From: Octopus vulgaris
Lineage: Eukaryota
Reading direction: 5' to 3'
Length of the DNA: 64,000 bases
Assembly: GCA_951406725.2 (NCBI GenBank)
Contig: OX597822.1
Coordinates: 37,572,001 to 37,636,000, forward strand
Made by a program: the position numbers and the translations under genes. The notes beneath the pieces are model-generated. The model saw nothing but the letters and a program-made list of their open reading frames with translations. It had not been told where the DNA came from and did no database searches. Positions 1 through 12,844 of this stretch are shown in pieces. Within the stretch, counting starts at the first letter, position 1; every line of letters begins with the position of its first letter.

Positions 1-1917
1 GCTGGTTTTCTGCAGCTAGATGCCCCTCTTTTTGCCAATCTTCACCTGTTTCCATGTAAAGTAACATTATCCCTTGGCTAGCCATATCTTCATGAAAGAT
101 TGGAAATTAAGGACATCATCATCATCATCATCATCATCATCGTTTAGCATCCGCTTTCCATGCTAGCATAGGTTGGATACTGCTTATATAATGGAGACAC
201 TTGTTTACAACTGTCACATGACATCTAGACAAGAAACAACAACAACACACACACATACACACACACACACAACTGGCTTCTTTCAGTTTCTGTCTTCCAA
301 ATCCAATCACAAAGCTATAGTTGAAGATACTTGCCCATGTTGTCAAGTTGAAGGGACTGAACCTGAAATCATGTGGTTAGGAAGCAAGGTTCTTAACCAC
401 ACAGCCAAGCTTATATACACACACATACACACATACATTTGCACACATATAATGATCTTTTGTAAAGTTTCTTTCTACCAAATATCATTTGTATTTGTGT
501 GATTAATTTTTAACTCCATCTCTTCTTTAAAACAGGCACTGGCTATTGAGGTTTACAAATCTCTATTGTGCTTTGCACACGTTTAAGGTCCAATACTCAC
601 AAATCTGAATTCTTCCCTTGTCCTTCTTGTCTGGCTCTGTTGTTGTTGTTTAGTCACAGATCATCCCTAATCGAGCAAACTCTATGGTCCAAGATATCCT
701 GCTCATGATCATCTTATCTTTTTATATACCCAAGACAACATTATCTAACGTGGCCATTCTTATTTTCTTAGACAGTAAGAGATGATCTTAGGGAATTTCA
801 TTGCTATTTCTAGCAAGCTGGGTTATCAGATAGAGGCTTCTGTAACATATTTGGTTGTTTCCACCTTTCTACCTCACTTTTGTTATCACAGGGCTGGGCA
901 CTCTGTTGGTTATGACAAGTGTTCCAGGTGATTTGATCAATGGGAAGCCTGCTCATGAAAATTAACATGCATGTGGCTGAGCTCTCCACAAACACATGTA
1001 CACTGAATATAGTTTTCAAGGAAATTCAGTGTGACACACCAAATGTGACCAGGCTTCCACTTTGAAATACAACTCATTTTTGCCAGTTGAGTGGACTGGA
1101 GAAATGGGAAAATAAAGTGTCTTGATCAAGGACACAATGTTCCAATGGGAACCAAACTCACAACCTTACAATCTTGATCCAAATACATTAACCATTAAGT
1201 TGTCTGCCCTCACTTTTATCACATATGCACACATTCACATTCACATTCATACAAATACACACAGGCTTACACATACATAAAACAAAAAGTGAATGATTTC
1301 TATTAGTTTCATTGAGTTTTCAGTTGTTCGATCAACTGAACTTCTTTTTTTGAATTAGCTTGTAAATAGCTGAATATTCCACATGGGCAGAAACAGTGCA
1401 AGGCAGTGTTGTTACAATTCTGTGCCTTTGAAATGCAACTATTTCAAATCCACCTGATGTGTTTCCACATAGTTTTTTATTTCTCAAATTTCACTCATAA
1501 GTCTTGGATCAACACATGATGATGGGAAAACACACTTTCCCCAAGATGCCATGCAGTGGGAGAGAATCCAAGATTCTTATGAATTGCAAATCAAACTTTT
1601 TAATCTTTCAGCCATGCTGTGTCCATGTGTGTGTGCACACACACATCTTGAATTGCCTTCTTTTTTCTGGCAATTTCTTCTAAAATACTTCCTTGTTTTC
1701 TGTATAATCTGATGTTTCATAATCTCACCAGAATTTCTGATTTTATGTCCTCTTAAATGATTCATATTTATACCACCTTAATTTGAATGCTAAATTCATT
1801 TATTTGGAACAGCCAGCAAATCTTGTTACATGTTCTTCATGTTGTAGCTGGGAGGAACCCTTCTCCAAACCTTTCTTTTTTTAATTTTTGTTCTTTTTAC
1901 TCTTTGTGCTCCTTCAG

Positions 1918-2016
1918 TTGTAATTGGAAAGACTTGGAGAAAGAAAGGAACGATTCATTAGCCAAGAATGTGACAAAGTCTATCTCAAAATCCAGTGTAC
2001 TTCTTTTTTTAAAATG
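1918..2016 (+). CDS. Candidate internal exon (phase 2-2), CNWKDLEKERNDSLAKNVTKSISKSSVLLFLK; host gene uncertain
   Basis: Long polypyrimidine tract ending CCTTCAG at 1917, donor TG|GTATGG, 99 nt, open frame. No homology recognised. Confidence 0.35.
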
Positions 2017-3659
2017 GTATGGTGTAAAAAGTACCCATTACTATCTTGGAGTGGTTGGCATTAGGAAGGGCATCCAGCTGTAGAAACCTTGCCATATCAG
2101 ACTGGAACTAGGTGCAGTTTTACAGCTTGCTAGTTTGTCAAACTGTCCAACCCATGCCAGCATGGAAAGCAGATGCTAAATGATGATGATAGAGTGACCA
2201 TAACAAAATATTTGCTAAACTCTTATTTATCCATTTTTACTGTTTCCTTTTAGAATTTGATGTCTAAAAGATATTTTTAGTAAATGTTGCAATTACTTTA
2301 GTCAGTTCTGAGAATAGCGCTGCTGACATTTTTTCTCGCAAACATCAACTAACTTGTTTCAGTCTGTGGCCATGCTGGGACACAGCCTTGAAGAGTGTAC
2401 TTTTTGTTTTTTATAAGTCTGGTACTTATTCTGTCAGCCTCTCTTGCCAAAGTGGTAGGGTGACACATACAGACACAAAAACACATACACATTGAGATAT
2501 ATGTTTGTGAATATAAACAAGCTTCCACATAGTTTCTATTTACCAAATTCACTCACAAAGCATTGGTTGGCTCGGAGCTATAACAGAAGACTCTTGCCCA
2601 AGGCACTACATAATAGAATTGAACCCAAAACCATGTGGTTGTCAAGCATGCTCCTTAAGCACATCGATGTATTGAAGGTAGAACATCATATGTATTTTAG
2701 ACAGCATTGTGACCCCCACCCACCCCAAAAAAAATCACCTCACTAAAACAGCTTTTACATGGTTGCTCAATATTCTAGAAATAGCTAGCAAATAGAAGTA
2801 CACTGTGTTTGAATATGTGGCATGGTGGTCACAGATGGAATGCCTTTGATCATAGATTGACCTTGGGCTAAACATCAGTAGCAATCGTCTTGGAAATAAA
2901 ATGTATATGATTTCTTCTCATGCTCCAAGTCTTGTCCAGATTGATAGCAAGTTGTAAGCCCCGGACATCAGTGTTGCACTTAAGCCACCTTAGGCTACTC
3001 CATCTCCCTCAATGACTGCTGCCATGCTGATTGGCATAGATTCAGAACAATATCAGATCCTTCCTTTGTATATGAAGAATTCCAGCTCTTCATCATCTTT
3101 CTTGATTGCACTCTCCTTTGGTTCAGTGTTGAACACCAACAAAATTAGAAATAGTAACCAAATCTCCCTCAAATTATCCTATGGAAAGTATTAGTGATAG
3201 AAACATTCTGGTCACTGGTGGTGATGGTAGTAGTAGTGATGTTCATAAATTGATTACAGTAGTTGTGATGCTGGTTGTTGTTGTTTTAGTAGCAGCAGTA
3301 CTTATGGTATGAGTAGTTGTTGTTGTGATAACAATAGTAATAGTGGTAACAGTTATATCCTATCTGCTTTGTATTCAAATCAGCCAGACTTGGCCTCTCA
3401 CACATACCCCACAATGTGATTCTAAAAAAATAGTTATGTCATTCAAATATTGAATCTATGAGAAACTGCATGATTAATTGAAAACAATGTGAATAAACAA
3501 GCATTACACTCAACAGGGTAGTCAGAATACTAAAGGGTTAAATTTGTCCCTTTTTATGATTTATTGACTTCACTTCACCAATATTTTGTTATTGTTTTAT
3601 TATTAAAGAATTGAGATTGAGCCTTAACGCTATCTGCTTACATTGTTCAACTATAATGC

Positions 3660-3960
3660 TGACCCCTTTACATCCATTCTTCAGCACTAGCATTGACCCC
3701 TTATACCCCTTGTTGGATCATAGCATAGTGTCTTCACATCCATTGTTCACCTATCGCACTCTTATATCCATTATTCAACCATAACGCTGTTCCATTACAT
3801 TGTTCAACAATAGAATTGTCTTCTTTCATTCATTCTTCAGCCATAGGATTGTTTCCTTACACTCACTGTTCAACCATAACACTTCCCATTCCATTTTCTT
3901 ATCATAGTACCTTCCGTGCCATCATTCAGCCATGCTACTGCTCTTTTGCACTCATCTTTA
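3660..3960. repeat. Highly degenerate ~30-bp tandem repeat (CATTGTTCAACCATA-like core)
   Basis: Recurring cattgttcaac / cattattcaacc / cattcttcagc motifs at roughly 30-nt spacing. Confidence 0.5.
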
Positions 3961-4344
3961 CATCATTGTTGAATACTTTATCTTCAAACAAAATCTACTT
4001 TATCATTTCTGCTTCTTTCTTTCTTTCTTTCTTTCTTTCTTTTTTTTTGTTTTTGTTTTTGCTTTTGAGTTTCAAGTTAAAATAAGGACCCATTGTTGGT
4101 CAAGGCCTCAGTCAACCTTTTCTTTCATGCCTATAGTGAGAGGAAACTCTGCTTTTTTAGCTTTTTTTTTTATTCCCAGCAGGAGTTCCACTTAACATTG
4201 CAAGCTAACAAACATATTACTGCATCTGCTTCCTTTTAATATAATAATGAACTGTATCTATTGTCTGAGCCAATGATGGTTGAGTGAATTGTCCAAAGAT
4301 GCAGTGAAATGGTAACGATAGCTGATGAACCATTGAACTGTCAG

Positions 4345-4660
4345 TTGTCATATCAGTTGGTGTTGTTCGTGTTGTGTTTAGTAACTGGTTAGGTAAATGT
4401 TGTTCTGTTTAGTAACAAGTTAGATAAATGTTGTTGTTTAGTAACAAGTTAGGTAAGTGTTCTATTTGGTAATAAATTAGGTAAGTGTTGTTCTGTATAG
4501 TAACTGGTTATGTAAGTGTTGTTCTGTATAGTAACTGGTTATGTAAGTGTTGTTCTGTTTAGTAACAAGTTAAGTAAATGTTCTGTTTCATAAGTTAGAT
4601 AAATGTTGTTGTTGTGTTCAGTAACAAGTTAGGTAAATGTTGTGTTTAAGGTTAGAAAAT
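4345..4660. repeat. Minisatellite, ~30-bp unit GTGTTGTTCTGTTTAGTAACAAGTTAGGTAA
   Basis: About 10 visible tandem copies. Confidence 0.9.
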
Positions 4661-4699
4661 GTTATTTTTTTAGTTACTAGTTATTTTTTAGTAGTTTAG

Positions 4700-4900
4700 C
4701 CCTTTAAACTTGTGAGTATGCCTAGAAGACAAAAAAAGTGGATGACTTTATGCTTTTGTGTTTACAGCTGAAAATAACGATGTTTCTGCCAATTAGTGAA
4801 CTGTAAGCGCAAATCTATAAGACGATTCTCTTTTATGCCTTCCGGGGAATATAGTCAAATGAAATTGTACCAGATAAAGTATATTTACAGGTTCAAAAGG
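4700..4900. mobile_element. piggyBac-like MITE
   Basis: Imperfect TIRs CCCTTTAAACTTGTGAGTAT / ATATTTACAGGTTCAAAAGG flanked by TTAG and TTAA. Confidence 0.6.
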
Positions 4901-4950
4901 TTAATAAAATCCCTGATGTTCTTTCTCTGGACCTACATCCATATGACGAT

Positions 4951-5172
4951 GGGCAGAAATGTTAGCGCGCCGGGCGAAATGCTTAGTGGCATTTCGTCTG
5001 CGGTTACATTCTGAGTTCAAATTCCGCCGAGGTCGACTTTGCCTTTCATCCTTTCGGGGTCGATTAAATAAGTACTAGTTACGCACTGGGGTCGATATAA
5101 TCGACTTAATCCGTTTGTCTGTCCTTGTTTGTCCTCTCTGTGTTTAGCCCCTTGTGGGTAGTAAAGAAATAG
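4951..5172 (+). mobile_element. tRNA-related SINE, family B, with Deu/Nin-like core; young copy
   Basis: B-box GAGTTCAAATTCC, then GCCTTTCATCCTTTCGGGGTCGATTAAATAAGTAC. CpGs retained. Decayed copies near 13280-13630, 48870-49040, 54920-55170, 58600-58760 and 61840-62300. Confidence 0.8.
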
Positions 5173-7645
5173 ATACTGTTATGTTTACTTGTGACAAGAC
5201 TATGTATGTGAGAGAGTGAGTGCTATTAGAAGAGGATTAATTTTCAGTTGATCAAAAGTGTTATATATGTATGGTGTGATAACAAGACTAACAATTGGAT
5301 AGATTCTCAGTTCAAATCACACAGTCAACTTGGCCCTGCACTTCACCAGGGTTGATAAAATACATAAACTGGGTTGTCTGAATTTTCTTATCCTCTCTCT
5401 TACAAAGTCTTGTTGCCATATCAAAGAATCTTGATTTATTCTTCTGATTCCACATTGATTTAGATAAAATTGTGGTTGATTAGTCCTTGGCCAGCTCTGT
5501 TCTTGTAGATATATGATCAAAGTACATTCCAGCAGTGACTATCTTGTTCATCATCTTGTCAGACTTAATACATTTCTATTGTCATGTTAGTTAAGATGGT
5601 GCTGCATATATTATCTTTCTTTTCTTTAAAATGATAGGGTATGATTTAAGGTAGATTTGGCTTATTATTTCTAGCAGGTTGGTCAGCCATATTGAATCTC
5701 TATCTCAATTATTTTTGTCTTTGTACTCTATTATTCTTGTTTTTCTTTTTTTTGTTTGTTTGTTTTTTATTACCCCTGAAATCTAGTATTCAAACATACT
5801 TCATGTTGGTGTCACCTCTTTCTTTATGGTGCCTAGTGGTGGTGCTTTTTTCCTAGGATTTTCTCTCCCCACCTTCTCTTCTGACTTTTTCTTCTTTGAT
5901 GTTAGTGCCATTTGTTTTGTTTTTTTGTTGTTTTTTTACAACTCCAAATCAAGTATTTGAAGAAGTTCTTTATTCAAATATTTCAATACCCATCTGGAAA
6001 CTTTTGGCTTTGGTTGCTTTGGTGGGGATCATCATATGTTGGGTGTGAAGTGTAGGATTATGTGAAGAATAGAGAAGAATGTGTAAGGAGAAGGAATAGA
6101 ATTGTCTTTCTATGTCTGGGTGATCATGAGAACAACTTTTGATTTTGGTTTCATGGCACTAAATATTGCAACACAGAATCAGTCTCTAGGCAGTGTGTGC
6201 CATCCTCGTAGTTCCTCAGTCTATTTTGATAATCACCCAGACTTAGGAAGACTATCTCACTCATACATACTTTCTTACACTTCACATCCAAAATATGCAG
6301 AACCCGTCCCCTCCTTGTCCAAAAAGACCCTTAGTTCTCTCTTCAGTGATTTATTCAAATATTCAGTGAAATGGTTTTTCCTTCATGAATCTGTAAAATA
6401 TTCTCATGTTTTTTTTTTTTCTTAATATTTCTTCTTTTTCTTTGCTTTTGTTGTTCTTTTTCCTGATATTTTCCTTTCCATTCTAACTCTTTTTCCACCT
6501 TCTCTTGCCCCCACCTCCAATGCTTGCTGCTCGCTAACGTTTGCTGGAATGTTTTAAAAAAGGAGGAAAACAAACAAAAAAAAGAAAAATACTTAAAAAA
6601 AGAGAGAGGAAAATTAAATAAATAAAATGAGAAAACCTGGTGTTTCTTTTGTCTTGTGGTGTTGTGTAGCTTGCTTCAGTCTCCTCTCTTCTCCTTCTAA
6701 CTCTTATTCCAATCTGTCTTGCTTCTTCATTCCTAGTGCTTGCCAGGATATTTTTTTCAGTGGTGATGCTGGCCATCTTTAGGGGTGATTGCCTCATTTA
6801 CCCCCTCTCCTATTTTATTTTTCGTAAGTAAATCCCTACCAGATATTGGCATCGTAACTCGGTAGGTAACTGTCGGTCTATGTTGCGTGTGTGTGTGTGC
6901 TTGTTTACTTGTTCTCTTTTTCAAGACCATCTTTTGTTTGGTAATGAACAGCACGTTAAAAACAGAAAACAAATGGTAAAAAAAAAACCTGCTGGGTTTG
7001 CAAAATGAACTTCCATCTTTTGAGCATGCTGATCAGCTATTGTCTCAATATTTCAAACACACGAAGAAGCTTCCTCGCAACATCAACTGCTACTGATGTT
7101 GTGATGTTGCACACAGTTGTATGAGTTTGGATGCATGTTGCATTCCTGATTTCTTGATTCTTGATATTTATCTATTTATTTGTGAATGATGGGGAACATG
7201 GGGAGGAGGGAGTATGGGACGGGACAGTATTCCAATCATCACCATCAACACCCCACTCAAATTAACCTTGTATTCAGTATTGATTCTTCAAACCTCACAA
7301 GATGGCTATCATTTGATCATTTTCTTGTTTTTTCACTTCTTCCATTACCCTCATCACCACCACTGTCACATATTTCAGTGTTCAGCTAGAATTCAGGACC
7401 TGATTAATTATCTTGATTATATATCATCATCATCATTCCAATGCTTGCACAAGTCGGATGTAATTCACTGAGGTGGATTATCTATGGGTGTTACTAACCT
7501 TTGCCTGTTTCGAAGTAAGGCAATATTTCCCCATGGCCAGACATGTTTTTCACAGAAGACTGGCGACAAAGGGTACCAGTTGTATGACAATGTCATTTAT
7601 GCCTATTACATAATAACAAGACAAGGAGATAGTAACACATACACA

Positions 7646-7683
<38 letters not shown>

Positions 7684-8637
7684 CATACATACACACATAC
7701 ACTTACACAGACAAACATTCACACACACACATATATATCTCAAGGTATGGGATATGGGACTTCTTTCAGTTTCCACCTACTGAATCCAATCAAAGTTTTG
7801 GTTGGTCAGGGATTATAGCAGGAGACACTTACCCAATGTGTTGTGCAGTGAGACTGAACCCAAATCCTGTTGGCTGGGAAGCAAACTTCTCCCACACAAC
7901 CATGTCTGTGCTTCTTTGTTGTTTCAAAATATCGAATGTCAAAATTACTTCATAGTTGGAAAAATTACTGCCGCTTGAAATTTTACAGACTGAACCAATA
8001 GTTCTGCTAACCATTTTCTTTTGGGGTGGTTCTGTGTAATGACATTGTGTACATAACTGCAGGCGCTGTGGCAGGGCATGTCTTAAAAAAAGACTGAATA
8101 AGATAATTTCTTACTTCTCCTATGTGAACCATGTCCTGGAAATAAGAAAACTAGTTGTTGGTAATATTTGAGCTCAATCAGAGCAAATTGAAATTAAATA
8201 ACAAAAACATTATTGGTGTTGCTATTCCATTTCCTCCTCCTTTAATCACTTGATTGGGTGACAGATCCACTGTAATATGTATCTGAAGCTGGACAGTTCC
8301 AGCCTAATCTCAGACACAACAATGAGATGTGTTGCTTGCAGCATCGCTGTACAAGTACTCTGTTCTGGGAGGCGGGGTATATAAGAAGAAGAAAAAGGGA
8401 AATTAGGAAGTTAATAATTGTTTATTATTAACAGCAAATTAATCATCATCCTTTACAGCTGTTTCAATTAATACTCAGTAAATATTGAGAAAATATTAAA
8501 TTTATATAGCCTGAGTATAATATCTTCAGAGGGGAAAAAATATACCCTTGAATGTTTTATGTGTTTATGAATTCATTATAGCAGACTGAATATATACATG
8601 TTGTTTTTGTAAACAAACTTTCCATGTTTGTTTTCAG

Positions 8638-8673
8638 TGATTATTTAGAAAGTGGTGCCAAATTTTACAATCT
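8638..8673 (+). CDS. Candidate 36-nt microexon (phase 2-2), DYLESGAKFYN
   Basis: Acceptor TTTGTTTTCAG at 8637, donor CT|GTAAAT, length a multiple of 3, open frame. Confidence 0.3.
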
Positions 8674-8907
8674 GTAAATAATAATAATAATATTTTATGA
8701 TCTTAAATCTTATAAGCAATCACTATGCATTGACTAAGGTAAATAGTCTAATATTGAGGTATATAAAGCCTCAATGGAAAAAAGTAGGGTTTGCCATACG
8801 CATGGCATGGCAAACCCCTTTTTTCTGTCAAAGATTTATATGCCCCAATATTAGACTACTTAATTCAGTCAATGCACAGTGATCACTTACAAGCTTTAAG
8901 CTTATAA

Positions 8908-8949
<42 letters not shown>

Positions 8950-9771
8950 TGTCATCCCATAAATAATGAGGTTTTTTTTAACTTTTATTTTTCAAAATTA
9001 AGATAAACGAAGTTCTTTTTTAATCTAAAATATACTCTCCTTCATTTTCTACAATGCTCTTCCATCTATCTGGTACATTTGCAAGGCCCCTCTTCCAAAA
9101 TTCACTTGTCTGTGACAAAAAATACTCCTCCAGTACTGTTCTCACCTTGTCTACAGAATTCATATTTTTTCTGTCCAAATGATTTTGAAGACTGGAATAG
9201 ATGATAATCAGATGGGGCAATGTCCGGCAAATATGGTGGGTAGGTCATCGTTTCCCATTCAAACTGCTCCAGCCTTTGGAATGTCATCCTTGCACCTTTC
9301 TCTAACTGTTTCTCTTTTCCCTAACTAGTCTTTGGCACTTGACATTTTTATAGAGAACCCATTTCTTATCGCCTATCACTATTTGGTCCAAAAAAGGTTC
9401 ATATGTGACACCTGACAGCAAGGAAGAGCACACATTCACTCTCTGCACACAATTAGACTTGGAAAGCTTGTGAGGAACCTATTGACCCAATTTGCTGACT
9501 TTCCTGATGAGTAGTTAAATGATCAAATCCAAGCTTCTCTGCTAGTTCTTCAACAGATACGATGGGATTTTGTTCCACCAGGGTTTGCAGGGCGTCTTTT
9601 TTAAGCTCTACATCTTGTTACCTGGGCTGTAGTTTCCAGCTCAGAATTTCTGGAACCACCATTGATACTGGATATTCCTTGCACTTTCCATTGTGTTGTT
9701 GCCTTTATTGAATTCATAAAGCAAAATATGCCAAATATGCTCCTTTGCCACTTTCATTATAACTTTGAAAA

Positions 9772-10280
9772 AATACTTTATTTACATTTGACGGATATTT
9801 GTTCTCATCTTGTTTGTTGTTAACACAACATTTCAGCTGATATACCCTCCAGCCTTCATCAGGTATCTTGGGAAAATTTTGAACCTGGGTTCTCATTCCT
9901 AAGGTTTTTTTTGGTTTATATTATTAATTTATATTATTATTCAGGTCACTGCCTAGAACTGAACTCAGAGTCTTGGGATTAGTAGCCCACACTCTTAACC
10001 ACTATACCATATTCCTGTGGACAATTATGGAGTGAGTTTTAGGGCTTATAAATCTAATATTTTCCTATCCTTCCTTAATACCGGTTCCCATAGCTACTCA
10101 TATCTGCACTTGGTCTGCTTAGGAGATTGTTGTGTCTTAGCATATGTGCTGCTTCTTTTAATTTTCATATTTTCTCTATGTTCTCTATCTATTATTTTAA
10201 CTTCATCCCACAGCGAGAGGTGGTCTCCAAATGTAAATAATGTACATAATTCCTCATCACTTAAATATAGAACTGTATTT
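9772..10280 (-). mobile_element. 5'-truncated Penelope-like retroelement: GIY-YIG C-terminal remnant plus pseudo-LTR
   Basis: Minus strand reads DHLSLWDEVKIIDREH, then (frameshifted) LKEAAHMLRHNNLLSRPSADM, typical of the PLE endonuclease C-terminus. AAATGTAAATAA occurs inverted at ~9778 and ~10228. Hammerhead motif present. Confidence 0.7.
9822..9868 (-). ncRNA. Minimal type I hammerhead ribozyme motif (CpG-decayed)
   Basis: GATAC-CTGATGA-AGGCTG-loop-CAGCT-GAAA-TGTT-GTGTT: core boxes, stem II and stem I (GATAC/GTGTT) are present. Stem III looks like a decayed AACGTT palindrome. Confidence 0.6.
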
Positions 10281-10441
10281 GAAAAAATAACTGTTAAAAT
10301 CGAACTGTACTCTTCAACACTTGCACTAAGAATAAGATGAAAGGTAAAATTACTATCTGGTTTTGTAGCAAGTTGCAGGTATTCCCCACCCCCCAACTTT
10401 TAGTTCATGCAATTGAAAAAAACCATATTATTTATGAGATA

Positions 10442-10485
<44 letters not shown>

Positions 10486-10554
10486 GGGAGTATAGCTCCA
10501 AACTTACAGGGAAAAATCGATTTAGTATTAAATCAAATTTCACAGTATAAATAT

Positions 10555-10623
10555 ATAAAATATGAATTAGAGATAAAACCACTATTTGCCTAATAGTGGT
10601 TTTATCTCTAATTCATATTTTAT
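10555..10623. repeat. Perfect 32-bp inverted repeat with 5-nt loop
   Basis: ATAAAATATGAATTAGAGATAAAACCACTATT-TGCCT-AATAGTGGTTTTATCTCTAATTCATATTTTAT. Confidence 0.95.
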
Positions 10624-10670
10624 TTATATATATATATGTATATATATGTGTGTGTATATATATATATACA

Positions 10671-10713
<43 letters not shown>

Positions 10714-11569
10714 TATATAACTTATGAGATTGTAGGAAGAGAGGAGGAGACACCATCAGCCCCCTGCACCTTATCCTCACACATTTCTTTTAGCATCAAT
10801 GACATTGGATTGAAAGGTAACAATTCTAACAGTAGCAGTAGCTCTGCATACAACAGTTATTTACAGATGTGTCTACATTTTTAGAGAGATTGTTTGTCTC
10901 ACTAGAAATGACAGCTAACTTTGAAGTCACTCCCTATCATCTTAAAAGGAGACAGTGGATAATGTTGTCCAAGTACAATATGTCTGATTCGACAGACAAT
11001 ATGGCTGAAAAGGGAAGACATTTAGTAATAGTTTGACTTATGGAAGGTTGACTCAAATACTCTTAAAAGAAGCAGTAATATGTCACATCCAAATCTCATA
11101 TCTCTCTTTCTTTCTTCTATTTGTGTGTGTGTGTGTGTGTGCATGTGTTTTTCCATGTGATTTCATATAACTTTATATATTTGTATATGTCTGCCTTCAT
11201 ATCCATGTATGTATATTCATGCATAGTATACACACACACACACATCTCCCTCTCTTTCATACATACACATCACACAATTTACAAGTGACAGAAAAAGTAC
11301 TCAATACATAGAGCATAATTTATTCATTTATTTGAACATGAAGCTTCTGTCAGCTGTTACTCCAAGCTTGGCATGTTATATGTGTATGAGACAGATATTT
11401 TTCTTTGTTTCACATGCATACCACATGTAGTTTATTGTTCTTCCAATATCACTTTTCTCCATGTACAATAGGTGCTTATTTGACATATTACCATATACCA
11501 CATGTTGACTCTACAATGCATTGTGTAACACTTCTGTTGATTTACCATTCCTCACTATACTATAGCTGC

Positions 11570-12640
11570 TAACCCAGTTATCCACCATGTATCATATCTG
11601 TTGACTTTTTATCCCACCATGTTCTATATTGCTTGACTTTCCATTTCCTCATGTACTATATTTATTGACTATGTTCCCCCATATACTATTTCCGTTGACT
11701 CTGTTCTACCTTGTACCATATTTGTTGACTCTGTTCCAGCATATACTATATTTATCCACTCCCACCATGTACCATATCCATTGATTCTCCATTCTACTAT
11801 GCACTTTATATATTGACTCTACATTATCTGTTGACTCACCATCTTAACATGTGTCATATATATTGAATCTTCCATCACAATTACCATATCTGTTAACTTA
11901 CCATTCCACTGTGACTCTTCATTCTACCATGTACCATATCTGTTGACTCTTCATTTTACCATGTACCATATCTGTTGACTCTCTGTTCCACCATGTATCA
12001 TGTTGACTCTATGTTCCACTCTTTACCATATCTGTTGACTTACCATTCCACTATGTACCAAATCTGTTGACTCTTCATTCTACCATGTACCATATCTGTT
12101 GACTCTGTTCCACCATTTGCCATATCTGTTGACTTACCATTCCACTATGTACCAAATCTGCTGACTCTTCATTCTACTATGTACCATATCTGTTGACTCT
12201 CTGTTCCATCATGTATCATATTGATTCTATGTTCCACTCTTTACCATGTCTGTTGACTTAACATTCCACTATGTACCAAATCTGTTGATTCTTCATTCTA
12301 CTATGTACCATATCTGTTGACTCTCTGTTCCACCATGTATCATATATGTTGACTCTATGTTCGACTCTTTACCATATATGTGGACTCTATGTTCCACTCT
12401 TTACCATATCTGTTGACTTACCATCCACTATGTACCAAATCTGTTGACTCTTCATTCTACCATGTACCATATCTGTTGACTCTGTTCCACCATTTGCCAT
12501 ATCTATTGACTTACCATTCCATAATGTACCTTATTTATTGACACTTCATTCCATTACGTGCCATATCTATTGACTCCATTTCGCTTTGTACCACATCTTT
12601 TGACTCAATTATCCACCATGTACTACATATGTTAATAATA
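11570..12640. repeat. Minisatellite, 29-33-bp units with core TACCATATCTGTTGACT and higher-order arrangement
   Basis: More than 30 tandem units. Four unit variants recur in order in the central part. Confidence 0.9.
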
Positions 12641-12844
12641 TGATACTCCTTGTGCCACTGCTATCTGATATGTCTCCAATTGTTTATGTATAACATCTCT
12701 ATATTCCACTTCTCTTTAACTTTAAACCACCTAATAGCTTTTACCCAGAGTAAATGTTATCACTGCTGTAAAGGTGGTGATCTGGCAGAATCATTGCCAT
12801 GCTGGACCAAATGCTGAGTGGTGTTTCTTCCAGCTCGTTGTGTT

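Larger units (their letters stand above)
8945..10447 (-). mobile_element. Degenerate mariner DNA transposon, interrupted by a Penelope-like insertion
   Basis: Transposase fragments YPPYLPDIAPSDYHLF and FWKRGLANVPDRWKSIVENEGEYILD. Matching TIRs TAGTGTGTCATCCCATAAATAAT / ATTATTTATGAGATAACCCTA, embedded in (TA)n. Confidence 0.85.

Noticed and set aside
4768-4802. Exon-like TTTACAG...GTAAGC segment
   Set aside because: Lies inside a piggyBac-like MITE and its 35-nt length does not chain with neighbouring candidates.
6927-7095. Protein-like frame DHLLFGNEQH...NLLGLQNELPSFEHADQLLSQYF
   Set aside because: Requires a frameshift in an A10 run and has a weak AAG acceptor. Unsupported unless reads show a homopolymer error.
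11570-12640. CRISPR-like look: constant 17-bp core with variable linkers (also 25170-27090 and 52425-52795)
   Set aside because: Linkers are short, related to each other and recurring. No cas genes and a eukaryotic intronic context; these are minisatellites.
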